Shown here in pieces: positions 9,798 through 20,098 of a stretch of 64,000 bases of DNA (positions are counted from its first letter, which is position 1; every line of letters begins with the position of its first letter). The position numbers were made by a program, and so were the translations under genes. Source of the DNA: a virus. Lineage: Duplodnaviria > Caudoviricetes. The stretch is taken from positions 20,217 through 84,216 of the IMG/VR virus record IMGVR_UViG_3300001598_000040; one strand, written 5' to 3'. The notes below the pieces were generated by a model that was not told the origin of the DNA, did no database searches, and was given only the letters and a program-made list of their open reading frames with translations.

Positions 9798-10846
9798 CGT
9801 GTAATTCTTATGTTTCCATAAGCACTGACTATCTTTTACTCTCTTTATTGAGAGGAGACCTTTTCGGTTTGAAAGAGGCTTCATTTCTTAAAACCTCGCA
9901 ACGTATCAATAGTTGCCCTACTTCCCCGCCCAGAAGGCAAAGGGAATAGTCGATACGGCTTCAAATATTTATCCATTTCTTTTCTTTTTTCTTATAAATA
10001 GGAAGTGTTTTATAACTTCTTCTCCAAAGCATTGCCTGAAACGTTGGATAAGACACTCTGTCTTTATAATCTTCATATATTTGTTTAGCATTTTCTTTCA
10101 CATATCTTTCTCTGATTTTAATCACTTCTTCATCAGAGAATTGCGCAGATGCTCCATTTTCGCCATTGCTATTTTTATAAATATAATATTCTTTATTTTC
10201 TTTTGTAAACACTTCAGGCATTACGTGCGCCCAAGATCTGCCCTGCCATAAATTTTGGAAGTACTTAAAAGAAATAATGTCTTTATATTTTTCATAAACA
10301 TCTCTTTGCTTTAAGTGATTATTATATGCTTTTCGTATTTCAACAACATCTTCCTCTGTCAATTTTGCTTTTGGATTATTTTTTCCAACTACATCGGTAA
10401 GTCCACCATCAAATTTGTTTCCAGATTTTGTTGCTTGAAGTTTATCAGTCCAATACTTTTCTTTAATATTCAACTCTTCTATTGAACATTCTTCCAATAC
10501 TTCATAAGTAAAAGCATCTTTACCCTTTTTATCAATATAATCATCAAAAGGTATTCTTGATTGAGAGTAAGACTTTTGAATATGTTTTTTAAATCTTCTC
10601 TCTATATCATTTGATTTTCCTATGTAAAACATTGTAGGATTATCTTTTTCAGTGATTTTATAAATTCCTATCATTTTTTATTCTTCTTTATTATTTATTA
10701 AAAGAGAATGGATAAATATAAGTTTGCCACGGGATTCCCATATCTTGTTTAAGGACTTAGAGTTCCCCGTTAGCATATATACTATTTTTTCAATGTATAT
10801 ATACCCACCTGATTAGGCGAAAAGTCTTTCATACGCCGTATTACTG
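9798..10846 (-). mobile_element. group I intron in gyrB (1049 nt)
   Basis: Exon 1 ends in U (GAC GU), intron ends in G (..UUACACG); joining restores GTC GAT GGA = V-D-G. Core motifs AACGGGGAA, AAUCCCGUG and the P7 pair GACUA/UAGUC are present. Confidence 0.92.
9961..10674 (-). CDS. intron-encoded GIY-YIG homing endonuclease
   Basis: GIYKIT...FYIGKS..IERR, YEVLEE; duplicated C-terminal DNA-binding module. Confidence 0.88.
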   Translation of the reverse strand: MIGIYKITEKDNPTMFYIGKSNDIERRFKKHIQKSYSQSRIPFDDYIDKKGKDAFTYEVLEECSIEELNIKEKYWTDKLQATKSGNKFDGGLTDVVGKNNPKAKLTEEDVVEIRKAYNNHLKQRDVYEKYKDIISFKYFQNLWQGRSWAHVMPEVFTKENKEYYIYKNSNGENGASAQFSDEEVIKIRERYVKENAKQIYEDYKDRVSYPTFQAMLWRRSYKTLPIYKKKEKKWINI

Positions 10847-12351
10847 ACGTCTGCATCACTTAATATAATAATTTTACCATATCTAAGACTATCTTCATTA
10901 AATGATAGCTTCATAGTTTTTGAATCCGCAGTCAATCCAAATGCTTCTATCATTGTCATAATTTCTGCATTCTTCATTATCTTATCTAAAGTTGCTTTTT
11001 GAGTATTTAAGATCTTACCTCGTACAGGCATAACAGCTTGAAATTCATTATTTCTTGCTTGTTTAAGATTACCTGCGGCACTGTCTCCCTCAACTACCAT
11101 TATTTCACATTTTAATCTATCTTTACTATAACAGTCCGCAAGTTTACTATCAAATTTTAACGCCTTCTTTTTCTTTTCTGTCTTTTTTCTAACAGTATCT
11201 CTAGCTTTTTTAGCAGCTTCTCTAGCTTTACGAGATGTTAATGCCTTATCAACAATTTTCTTTAGTTCTTTTTCATTCTTAGTCATCCACAGATATAATT
11301 CATCTGCAAAAACTTTTATAAATTCTTTAGTATCAATATTAACTATTCTTGATTTAACTTGTGCATCATAACTTACTCCTGAAGTAGTTAAATTAAATAT
11401 TAAATATATTCCCTCTTGAATATCATCACCTGATAAATTAGCATCACTATCTTTTAACCATTTCTTTTCTTTAAAGAATTTATTCATTTCTCTTGTGACT
11501 GCGGTTTTAAAGGCTGTAATGTGCGGTCCAGAGTCTGTCAATCCGGTATTTACATAAGGAATAATAGTTGATGAATAATTATCCGCATAAGTCATAATTA
11601 AATTCATCTTATTTTTCCCATTTTGATAGTTAATATTTAATCTATCATTTAAAATTTCGTTGTCTATATGATGATCTACATAATCATCAAGTCCATTTGT
11701 AGATTTATAAGTAATCGGATCTTTATTATCTTCTGTTAGTACAATAGTTAATCCTTTACAAAGGCATACAATAGTCTCAAATAAAGATTTTATAGCTGAC
11801 ATATCTATATTTGAATTAGTAAAAAATTCTTCAGAAGGATTCCACGATACTGTAGTACCGTGAATATTATTATCACACTCTCCCACTTCTCTATTTTCAA
11901 AAACACCTTCTTTAAACTTTACAGTTTCATATTTAGAATTTCTATAAGTACTTACAGTTAACCAGTGCGAAAGATAAGTAGTTATCTTCGATCCTATACC
12001 AAAGTTTCCTAAACTAACGCCTTCATAAGTACCATCTTCTCTATATTTACCAGAAGTATTTAATACACTAAACGCTGCTTCTAGAATACTCTTTCCATCA
12101 TCTCTAAAAGAATTTGGAATAAAACCTTGTCCCGAGTCTTTTACTGTGTATATTTTATTTTTATTATCACATATTATATTAATTGTATCACCGTGTCCAA
12201 GATTATATTCATCAACTGCATTTGATAATATTTCTACTAAAAGTTGAGTAGAATAAGTTGTATCTCCACAATATACACCAGGTTTTAGACGAGTAAATTC
12301 TAAAGGAGATAATGATTCAATTGATTTCTTATTATAAACTTTATTACTCAT
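10847..12351 (-). CDS. gyrB: type II topoisomerase B subunit, exon 1
   Basis: GHKL ATPase motifs (EILSNAVDE, DSGQG, GIGSK), TOPRIM VEGDSA, PVRGKILN, ends at SDADV. Confidence 0.92.
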
Positions 12352-12824
12352 AAATTCATTCCTTTCTTTTTAGTTTCTACTGCTAGTTTATCAACCTCTT
12401 CATTCCACTTATGACCAGAATGTCCTTTAACCTTAATAAAATTAAATTGCTTATTCTTAAAAAATGGAATTAATCCTAACCATATCTCTTTATTAGCTAC
12501 TGGCTGTTTTTTAGAGTTTTTCCAATCATTTTTTAACCAATTTTCATACCATTGATCACAATAGCAGTTAATTAAATAAGCACTATCACTTATAATATTA
12601 ATTATATCATCATTATTAAGATAACATTCAATTGCCTTGCAGGCTTTTTGTGCGGCTAGTAATTCACATATTTGATTGGTTGCATTTATAACAACTCCAC
12701 TGTTCTTTACTCCATATAAAAAATGGTTATCATCAGAAGTTGTTATAATATATGCCCAAGCTCCTATCGCCTCTTCTTTACCATTCATAGATACTGCGCC
12801 GTCCGTATAAATATCATATATCAT
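12348..12824 (-). CDS. rnhA: ribonuclease HI
   Basis: YTDGA, TNQICEL, SDSAY, VKGHSG...NEEVDKLA. Confidence 0.92.
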   Translation of the reverse strand: MIYDIYTDGAVSMNGKEEAIGAWAYIITTSDDNHFLYGVKNSGVVINATNQICELLAAQKACKAIECYLNNDDIINIISDSAYLINCYCDQWYENWLKNDWKNSKKQPVANKEIWLGLIPFFKNKQFNFIKVKGHSGHKWNEEVDKLAVETKKKGMNL

Positions 12825-13020
12825 CTTCTTCAGACTCCTTTATAAAACAAATATGAAAACACGCTAAAGATATCCATAATATAGAAGCTGTTGTTTCGTC
12901 ATTATCATCTTCGACTTGTTCTAATTCTATACAATATGGATATACTATTTTATTCAAGTCTATTCCAATTCCAATAGAGAATTTATTACTAAAATAGAAA
13001 TAAAGCCATTTTCCAAACAT
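12814..13020 (-). CDS. hypothetical protein
   Basis: ORF track; RBS upstream; follows a sigmaA-type promoter. Confidence 0.45.
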   Translation of the reverse strand: MFGKWLYFYFSNKFSIGIGIDLNKIVYPYCIELEQVEDDNDETTASILWISLACFHICFIKESEEDDI

Positions 13021-13085
13021 TTTTTTTCATCACCTTTCTATTATATTATATCAAAAATTTTTTTTAAAATCAAAAGAACTCTGAT

Positions 13086-13598
13086 TTAATCAGAGTTCAA
13101 TAAATCGCATTTAAACTTATATTCTTTTCCATTTTTTAAATTATCAATTATTTCTTTAGTTTTTTTCATATCGCTAAAGTATTCTTGTAACTGCTTTCTA
13201 TAATCTTCTTTATTGGCTTTATATTCATTGCAGAGTTCTTGCTTTTGAGATATATAGGCTTCAAATCTTGATCTAGTAGCATTAACTCCAAATCCTTGAA
13301 TTTTATTTGGATAAACATATACTAAAGCATTAGTAAGTTGTTTAATCTCTTTTTTAAGTCTATTATATTTTTCTCTCCAATATTTTTCCATAGCTCTAAT
13401 ATAAGCTATTCGTTGTCCAATGCGTCTTGAATATAAATCATCTTCGTGACATCTTGAAATAGCCATTACACATACATCTGTTTTAGACTCAAACACAAAA
13501 CATCTAGTTTCTTTTCCTTCTTCAGAGAAGGCTACATTTAAATTCTCCATTAAATTGTTTTTCTCCTTTAGTATTATTTTTTCCTTTATGCGTGACAT
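13086..13598 (-). CDS. hypothetical protein
   Basis: ORF track; co-oriented with neighbours. Confidence 0.55.
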   Translation of the reverse strand: MSRIKEKIILKEKNNLMENLNVAFSEEGKETRCFVFESKTDVCVMAISRCHEDDLYSRRIGQRIAYIRAMEKYWREKYNRLKKEIKQLTNALVYVYPNKIQGFGVNATRSRFEAYISQKQELCNEYKANKEDYRKQLQEYFSDMKKTKEIIDNLKNGKEYKFKCDLLNSD

Positions 13599-13846
13599 TG
13601 TAATTTCGTATTGTTACTAGATGTTCGTTGTCCATTACGGAATACACCTTTGTTAAATTCTTCTAAGAAATCTTTATGAGTATATGTATAATCATTACAC
13701 TCTGCAAAATTTCTTTCTTGACGGCAAGTAACGCAATACATTTTCTTCAAATGACCTGTTTCTCTTTGTTTTCCGTGCCGTCTTGGAATACTCATCTTTT
13801 GTCCGCAACAGGTACAATAAAAATCATTAATAATCATCTTTGGCAT
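13586..13846 (-). CDS. Zn-ribbon protein (weak bL33-like resemblance)
   Basis: CTCC...KKMYCVTC...NFAE. Confidence 0.5.
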   Translation of the reverse strand: MPKMIINDFYCTCCGQKMSIPRRHGKQRETGHLKKMYCVTCRQERNFAECNDYTYTHKDFLEEFNKGVFRNGQRTSSNNTKLQCHA

Positions 13847-14130
13847 AGTAAATTCTCCATTCTTTTATCACACTCTTTAGCAAATCTTTCTGCATCTTTG
13901 ACATTCTTAAAATCAAATATGATATAAACACTTTTCTTATCGCTTAAAGTTGCATTATATTCATCTCTTACCATTCTAAAGAAATCTGGATAAGATAAAC
14001 CAAAAATGCGGGCAAATAATATTGAATATGAACCTTTAATTCGTCCCGCAATTATATCCATAGTCTTTTCTGATAATCTCACGCAATGTCTACCTGTACT
14101 AACATAAGTATCAATAAAAAAATATTTCAT
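13834..14130 (-). CDS. hypothetical protein
   Basis: ORF track; overlapping operon arrangement. Confidence 0.55.
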   Translation of the reverse strand: MKYFFIDTYVSTGRHCVRLSEKTMDIIAGRIKGSYSILFARIFGLSYPDFFRMVRDEYNATLSDKKSVYIIFDFKNVKDAERFAKECDKRMENLLCQR

Positions 14131-14420
14131 ATTTCAATCTCCCTAAATAATTCTTTCATTCCTTCTTTTTCTTCTTCTGTTAAAGATAAAATAGTCCACC
14201 AATCTGGATTAGTAAAATCAAACTCTATTCTATTTGGTTCATATTGTCCCCATCTTTTAATCTCACTAACATCTACTTTTTTAAAATTTGGAATTATATA
14301 TTTCTTCACTGTTGAGGGAGAACATCCTATTTCTCGTGCTACACCTGCGTATGTTTTTATTGTTAGATATAACTCATTCATTTTTGCTATATCTGCCTGT
14401 GTTATTTGCATATTTATCAA
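14127..14420 (-). CDS. HTH-containing protein
   Basis: TYAGVAREIGCSPSTVKKY HTH. Confidence 0.6.
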   Translation of the reverse strand: MINMQITQADIAKMNELYLTIKTYAGVAREIGCSPSTVKKYIIPNFKKVDVSEIKRWGQYEPNRIEFDFTNPDWWTILSLTEEEKEGMKELFREIEI

Positions 14421-14504
14421 TTCCTTTCTTAATTTCTATATATATTATATAATATTTTTTTATAAAAAACAATAAAAGACACTATAATAGTGTCTTTTAT
14501 ATCT

Positions 14505-14876
14505 TTAACCCATATACCAAGTCCATTTATCTTCTGTATCAGATTGTTCTAATAGAAAATTGATAATAATAATTAATTCTTTGTTTTGAGCAATTAGATC
14601 GTCATTTTCTTTAATAGAGCAAATTTCAGACCAAATACGCTCTTCATCAGAGATGCTTTTAATAAACTCTCTTGACATATCAGATAATCTTTCATATCGT
14701 TTAATGCTATCTTTTAATTCTTCAATAGCATTATTCATCGCTATAATAGGATTAAACTCTTCTTCATTCTCAAATGGAATATAATTTGAACCGTCAAAAG
14801 CCTCATACATAGGATGATTTCTTGACCATTCTCCAATTATAACTCCATTTTTTTTCATAGTTAAATAACAACTCAT
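14505..14876 (-). CDS. hypothetical protein
   Basis: ORF track. Confidence 0.55.
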   Translation of the reverse strand: MSCYLTMKKNGVIIGEWSRNHPMYEAFDGSNYIPFENEEEFNPIIAMNNAIEELKDSIKRYERLSDMSREFIKSISDEERIWSEICSIKENDDLIAQNKELIIIINFLLEQSDTEDKWTWYMG

Positions 14877-14890
14877 ATTTTATATCCTTT

Positions 14891-15193
14891 CTACGCATTT
14901 GTACATCCTGTTTTTTCTGTTATATAGCATTGACTATAGTTGCTACCGCATTTAACATTAACTAAAACCGCGTCACCAACTTCTAAAGACTGTCCTGTTC
15001 GATTATATATACTTTTAATAGTAGTATCTCCTAAATCAACATCATACTTTCCTGCCGTACTATTTGCAATAATCTTTCCTGATACAGTTTGATATATATT
15101 ATTTTCTTTCAATAATTGATTAAACTTTTTCTCTATCATATCATTAATCAATTCTTGAAACTCTTTCATTGACGCTTCATTCATTACAATCAT
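14891..15193 (-). CDS. hypothetical protein (small beta-barrel)
   Basis: ORF track; beta-rich C-terminal half. Confidence 0.5.
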   Translation of the reverse strand: MIVMNEASMKEFQELINDMIEKKFNQLLKENNIYQTVSGKIIANSTAGKYDVDLGDTTIKSIYNRTGQSLEVGDAVLVNVKCGSNYSQCYITEKTGCTNA

Positions 15194-15851
15194 CCTTTAA
15201 ATAACAAGGTATTTCATATATAAAATCTCTATATTTAGATAACAATTCTTTTTGATAGTTTGTTAAATCTTTTTTTCTGTAAAAAGTGTTATATCTAAAC
15301 TCTTCTTGCATATCAGCTCTCATTGTTCTTGTAGGATTAATAATAAAGCCATCTGGTATCCATTCTTCCTCTTCTTCTTGAAGATATTTCTTTCTTAATG
15401 TCTTAAGTTTAAGCAACACTTCTTCTCTGTCTTTAAAACCTTTCAATTCTAACTTTCCAGCTCTTACTCCATCAACATAAACTTCTGCTAATGTTTTATC
15501 GTCTTCCATAGTAATTTCATAGCTAGTTTCAAAGTCGCCATTATATTCTGTAAAACTATAGAAACAATAAGTGTTCTTTTCTTCTTTTTCCTTTTCTTCT
15601 TGTTGGTTTTCTATTTTTTCTAAATACTTAGAGTCAAATACATATGGACAATAATCTTCAAAATTTGGTATTGATACTTTATACCCAATTCTGCCCTCTT
15701 CGTTCACAGGAACAATTTCATCCACTATTTTTCCAATTTTATTTATATATTTTGCCATCGCTGGAGCCCATCCTCCTATATAATTATCATAACCATTTTC
15801 CTCTATCGGTCTAAGAATTTTTACATAATCTCCAATATTAAATCTATTCAT
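15177..15851 (-). CDS. hypothetical protein with SH3-like N-terminus
   Basis: FNIGDYVKI... pattern. Confidence 0.5.
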   Translation of the reverse strand: MNRFNIGDYVKILRPIEENGYDNYIGGWAPAMAKYINKIGKIVDEIVPVNEEGRIGYKVSIPNFEDYCPYVFDSKYLEKIENQQEEKEKEEKNTYCFYSFTEYNGDFETSYEITMEDDKTLAEVYVDGVRAGKLELKGFKDREEVLLKLKTLRKKYLQEEEEEWIPDGFIINPTRTMRADMQEEFRYNTFYRKKDLTNYQKELLSKYRDFIYEIPCYLKDDCNE

Positions 15852-16163
15852 ATATCTTCCTCCTCTAAATCATACTCTTCCAATACTTCTTCTTCATCTT
15901 TACCTTGTCTAATTTCTTCTTTAGCATCTTCTACTCTAGAAAAATAATCAGCAGCCATCATTTCTACTACATCCATCATCGTTTTCATCCTCTTCTAAAA
16001 AATTTTTTAAACATCGTGAACATAAATTTTCACCCTCTGGTATTTCGCGTCCGCACACATCACAGACATTACCATTAGTATAGTATATATCACTCATAAA
16101 ATTTTTCTACCTTTCTTTATTTTCTATAATTATTATATCATAAAATTTAATATAAAACAAATA

Positions 16164-16427
16164 TTAAAGAATAGTCCACCAATAATCAAAAATCCTACGG
16201 TAGAATTTACCATTTTTACACTCCTCCGCTCTTCTTACTCTATGATTTCCTACTTTTTTAAAATAAGTAGTTAAGTTATGATCCATAGAATAGCGAATAT
16301 ATCTATTCTTTTTTGAGTCGTAATACGCGCCCGCGCCATAGTATGTTTTAGTTTTTTCATACAATTTTTTCAATCGTCTTTTGTCTTCTTGCTTTCTTCT
16401 ATGACTCATAACACAAACCTCCTTCAA
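16164..16427 (-). CDS. basic hypothetical protein
   Basis: K/R-rich ORF with its own promoter. Confidence 0.5.
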   Translation of the reverse strand: MKEVCVMSHRRKQEDKRRLKKLYEKTKTYYGAGAYYDSKKNRYIRYSMDHNLTTYFKKVGNHRVRRAEECKNGKFYRRIFDYWWTIL

Positions 16428-16466
16428 TTTATATAATTATTATATAATAAATTATAATAAAAAACA

Positions 16467-16491
16467 AAAGAGAGGAATAAATCCTCTCTTT
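16467..16491. terminator. intrinsic terminator after the SLH gene
   Basis: aaagagagga-ataaa-tcctctcttt inverted repeat. Confidence 0.7.
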
Positions 16492-16497
16492 ATAAAA

Positions 16498-19041
16498 TTA
16501 ATATCTAAATATTACAATGTCTTTAATTTCATCGTCATATTGATATACATAAACAAAGGATTCAGTTCCTTCTGTAAATAATGACTTAGAACCTGTTTTA
16601 GATTTAATATTTACTTTGCCGCCAGACGAATAATCAACCAAAGTATAGGTTATATTAGATTTAATTGTAATACCATCTTCTGCAGGATAATTATCTATAT
16701 CTTCTGCTAAATAGAATTTATTATATTTAGCATCAACTACTCTATTTCCAATCTGAATAGCTTCAGCAGATTTAAATAATACATCAAAATCTTTAACAAC
16801 ATCCTCTTTGGAATTACCTAATAATAAAACATCACCTTTATCTAAAGATGGTAAATCTTTATAATCATTATAGAATGTAAATGATACTGATTTTCCTTTT
16901 TGTAAACCAGATACTAATAAAGCATCATCATCTTGATATTCAATATTACTAATTGAAGTTACAATAAATACATTATTATCTTCAACTACTCTATCAAAAT
17001 TATATCCAATAACAATAGTAACTTCATCTTCATCTTTTTCTGTTAAAGCAATAAAATCTAAATCTTCATCTTTATCATTAAAGAAATTATCAACAGAACC
17101 AATTTCAATATCACTATCTGTAATAACAGTAGCATCATTACAGATTGAGAATACTAATGTTGATTCATTAAAATCAGAAGCGCCATAACTCATATTCTCA
17201 GCATCATAAACTTTAGAATTAGATGAATCATATGTTTTAGTTGAACCTTCAAAAAGATTTAATTTAGTAATTTCATTACCTCTTAGAGTAATATCAAATA
17301 GTGCGGAATTCACATTGCTCTTTTGAAGTTTTGTTCCTCCGAGCGCAGTTTGTAAATATTCATATACCTCTTCGTCAGAATCCGCAATCAATGTTTTTCC
17401 ATCATACAATTTAGCTTTTGAAGCTAAAGTATATTTGTTAGTACCTTTTGATGTAACAACTTTTACTGTATACTCTTCATCTGATGTATAGCCTGTTGAT
17501 AATACTAAACCATAGTTAGTTCCAATTGAACCTGAAGTTGTATCATTATATACAATCTTTCCGTCCACATTTAAGTAGAATGTTCCACTTTCTCCTAACA
17601 AATCTTCTGGAGATTCATTAAAGAATGGTGATAATTCATAAGATTCACCTGCGATTGTAACGGTATCTTCATCGATATCATATGAAGTAACTGAGCCTGT
17701 AATAGTTTTGTCAGAAATGTATAAAATTCTGAAAGTTTCCATTTCAATTTCTGTAACGGTGTCATTAATACTAATGTCATAAGGATCAATCTCCTTTCCG
17801 TTTTTAAATACTTTTACAGTATCTTCAGTTAAATCGATCTCAGATAAAATACCTGCGCCCTTAGCATCAAAGGTAATATATTCATCATCAATATCAATAG
17901 CTTTTACTACTGCTTCATTTGTATAAGAAGTACCTATAATATAATCAATTTTATTATCATCATTATTATCAATAAATTGAATATTTCCATTCTCTACATA
18001 TGATAATAAATCTAAAGTATTATAAATATTAACTTCTTTATAATTAATAAAACTAATTACATTTTCATCTAATTTCAAATATGAAGGCTTTGAAGAATTA
18101 TTTTCATAATAATAAATTTTACCATTCTCATCCGCATATTTATAACCAGCTTCCGCAATATCAGATACTGATAAATATAAATTAGATGTCTTTGTATCTT
18201 CTGCAACTGAAATTAAATCATCATCTTCATTTACATAAGCAATTACAGTAGTACCAAGATATGCACTCAAATCTTCTTTTGTATTGACAGTAATATTATC
18301 ATAATCTTTTGCATAAACACCATCATTATAAGTGTCTTTATAACCGTCAATAGATAAAGTAAAATTTGTATTATCATATCCATCTAAAATAGGTGCATCA
18401 TATACAACACCGTGCCACACATCTACATCAAATACTTTAGATAACAAAGTATCATCAGATTTGGTATAAGATGTTTCACCATTAGAATTCCAACTATCTG
18501 CTTTAAACAATTGACTATTTAATGCGTTATAAATCAATTGAGCTAAATCTTTTCTAAGAATTGGTTTTCCAATAGCTACTGATACATTTTTGTTTATTTT
18601 TTCTGAAGCTACGATGTTTAAATATCCTGACGGATAACCGCCACTCTTTTCTGCTAATACATCATAACCAAGTGCGCAACAAACTACCTTTGCTGCTTGT
18701 TCATAAGTAACATTTTCCTCAGGTCTAAAAGTTCCATCTTCAAAACCATTAATAAGACCTAACTGCGCGCAGGTTGCAATATATCCTGACGCCCAGTGTG
18801 ATTCATCTACATCACTAAAATTAGTAGTAGATTTCTCAGGAACTTCCGCATTTAAAGTTCTTGTTACAATAGCAGTAAATTCTGCTCTACTTAACTCTTT
18901 CTCTAACTGTAAATCACCATTTTCATCGCCTTGTAAAATACCTAATCCAATGAGTAAGTCATCTTTAGAATCGGCATTTACTGAAAGTAGTGGAGTACAA
19001 GCTATAGATAAAGAGATAAGCACTCCTAAAAGTTTCTTCAT
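16498..19041 (-). CDS. secreted S-layer homology (SLH) domain protein
   Basis: Signal peptide MKKLLGVLISLSIA; SLH motifs LGILQG..SRAEF, FSDV..HWASGYI..LGLINGFEDGTFRPEENVTYEQ, ILRKDLAQL; acidic beta-rich body. Confidence 0.88.
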   Translation of the reverse strand: MKKLLGVLISLSIACTPLLSVNADSKDDLLIGLGILQGDENGDLQLEKELSRAEFTAIVTRTLNAEVPEKSTTNFSDVDESHWASGYIATCAQLGLINGFEDGTFRPEENVTYEQAAKVVCCALGYDVLAEKSGGYPSGYLNIVASEKINKNVSVAIGKPILRKDLAQLIYNALNSQLFKADSWNSNGETSYTKSDDTLLSKVFDVDVWHGVVYDAPILDGYDNTNFTLSIDGYKDTYNDGVYAKDYDNITVNTKEDLSAYLGTTVIAYVNEDDDLISVAEDTKTSNLYLSVSDIAEAGYKYADENGKIYYYENNSSKPSYLKLDENVISFINYKEVNIYNTLDLLSYVENGNIQFIDNNDDNKIDYIIGTSYTNEAVVKAIDIDDEYITFDAKGAGILSEIDLTEDTVKVFKNGKEIDPYDISINDTVTEIEMETFRILYISDKTITGSVTSYDIDEDTVTIAGESYELSPFFNESPEDLLGESGTFYLNVDGKIVYNDTTSGSIGTNYGLVLSTGYTSDEEYTVKVVTSKGTNKYTLASKAKLYDGKTLIADSDEEVYEYLQTALGGTKLQKSNVNSALFDITLRGNEITKLNLFEGSTKTYDSSNSKVYDAENMSYGASDFNESTLVFSICNDATVITDSDIEIGSVDNFFNDKDEDLDFIALTEKDEDEVTIVIGYNFDRVVEDNNVFIVTSISNIEYQDDDALLVSGLQKGKSVSFTFYNDYKDLPSLDKGDVLLLGNSKEDVVKDFDVLFKSAEAIQIGNRVVDAKYNKFYLAEDIDNYPAEDGITIKSNITYTLVDYSSGGKVNIKSKTGSKSLFTEGTESFVYVYQYDDEIKDIVIFRY

Positions 19042-19092
19042 CCGAAGTCCTCCTTAAATATATATATTTAAAAAGTAGTGCGGGTACACTAC

Positions 19093-19314
19093 TTAATTAA
19101 CAATATATGATTGTATGATAGTATAAATAGGAACGGTTGATTCAACATACAATTCTTTCCATTCCGCAGTATACATAGCTCCAAGAACAGATTTAGCATT
19201 TATTCTAAACTTATCTCCGTCTGTTAAATATACTTCACCATTTACTAATGAAACTGCGGCAACAAATGCATATATTTCTTTCATAGTGTTTAATGCAATT
19301 TTATACGAATTCAA
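19093..19314 (-). CDS. HPr-like protein (Ser46 motif present, His15 absent)
   Basis: INAKSVLG matches the HPr regulatory-serine motif; TTG start with RBS. Confidence 0.7.
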   Translation of the reverse strand: MNSYKIALNTMKEIYAFVAAVSLVNGEVYLTDGDKFRINAKSVLGAMYTAEWKELYVESTVPIYTIIQSYIVN

Positions 19315-19491
19315 TCAAATCATCCTCCTTTAACGGTTCAACAACCTTATAAAATAAATTAATAATTTCAAATGTTCTACAAGACTCTAATTTCTTTCCT
19401 GCTTCACTTTTTCTAACTCCTAAAGATTTAAGAACTTGTATCATTTTACCCTTTGTCATCATCATATTTCTTCATTCCTTTCTAAAATCAT

Positions 19492-20098
19492 AAAATGATT
19501 TTATTACGATTTTAAATTAGACCTTCGCCTTGCAATTAAATATTTTCTATTTTCTTCAGTCACAGTGTAGATATATGTGAACTTATAGCCGCTAAACCAT
19601 AAGCTATATATCTAATGAATATTTCGCAATCCAACTTCGCACTTGTTGGGATGTTTACCAACAACTTTCACCCGTCATTCACATAATTTGATACATTTTA
19701 TCATAATTGTTAATTTACTCAATGTTATCGCCAATTTGGGCTACTCGAACTTTAAACTCATCTTATACTCTACTTTCATAGTATCAACAGCGAACCTTAT
19801 TATTGGTATTTCTTGAGTTTGCTATAAACTACCAATTTATAACCTTATCAAGATTATTCTCCACAGGAGCGTCTATTATTAAGGCGATGAGAATAATACT
19901 TTAAATAGCAATATTCAATTGTACATTCTACCAGAACTCTTTGATTTATACTCAAGCAATAACTATATCACTATAATTATTTTCATATATACCAAGTATC
20001 CTTAGTATAAAATCCTATCCCTCTTTAAGGTAGAACTCTCAGCCGCATAACATTGCGGTTTACACTGAGTTAATTTAAAACCATAATAAAATCATCTT
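19492..20098 (-). ncRNA. large ornate RNA, ROOL-like (~607 nt)
   Basis: 28-bp terminal helix (20071-20098 with 19492-19519, G-U pairs included), many internal hairpins, no ORF, next to tRNAs; segments AAUUGGUAGUUUAUAGCAAACUC..AUACCAAU and CGAGUAGCCCAA match ROOL as I recall it. Confidence 0.8.

Noticed and set aside
9398-12351. Intein or naturally split gyrB
   Set aside because: The insert is out of frame, has U/G splice boundaries and group I core motifs, and lacks C..HN intein ends
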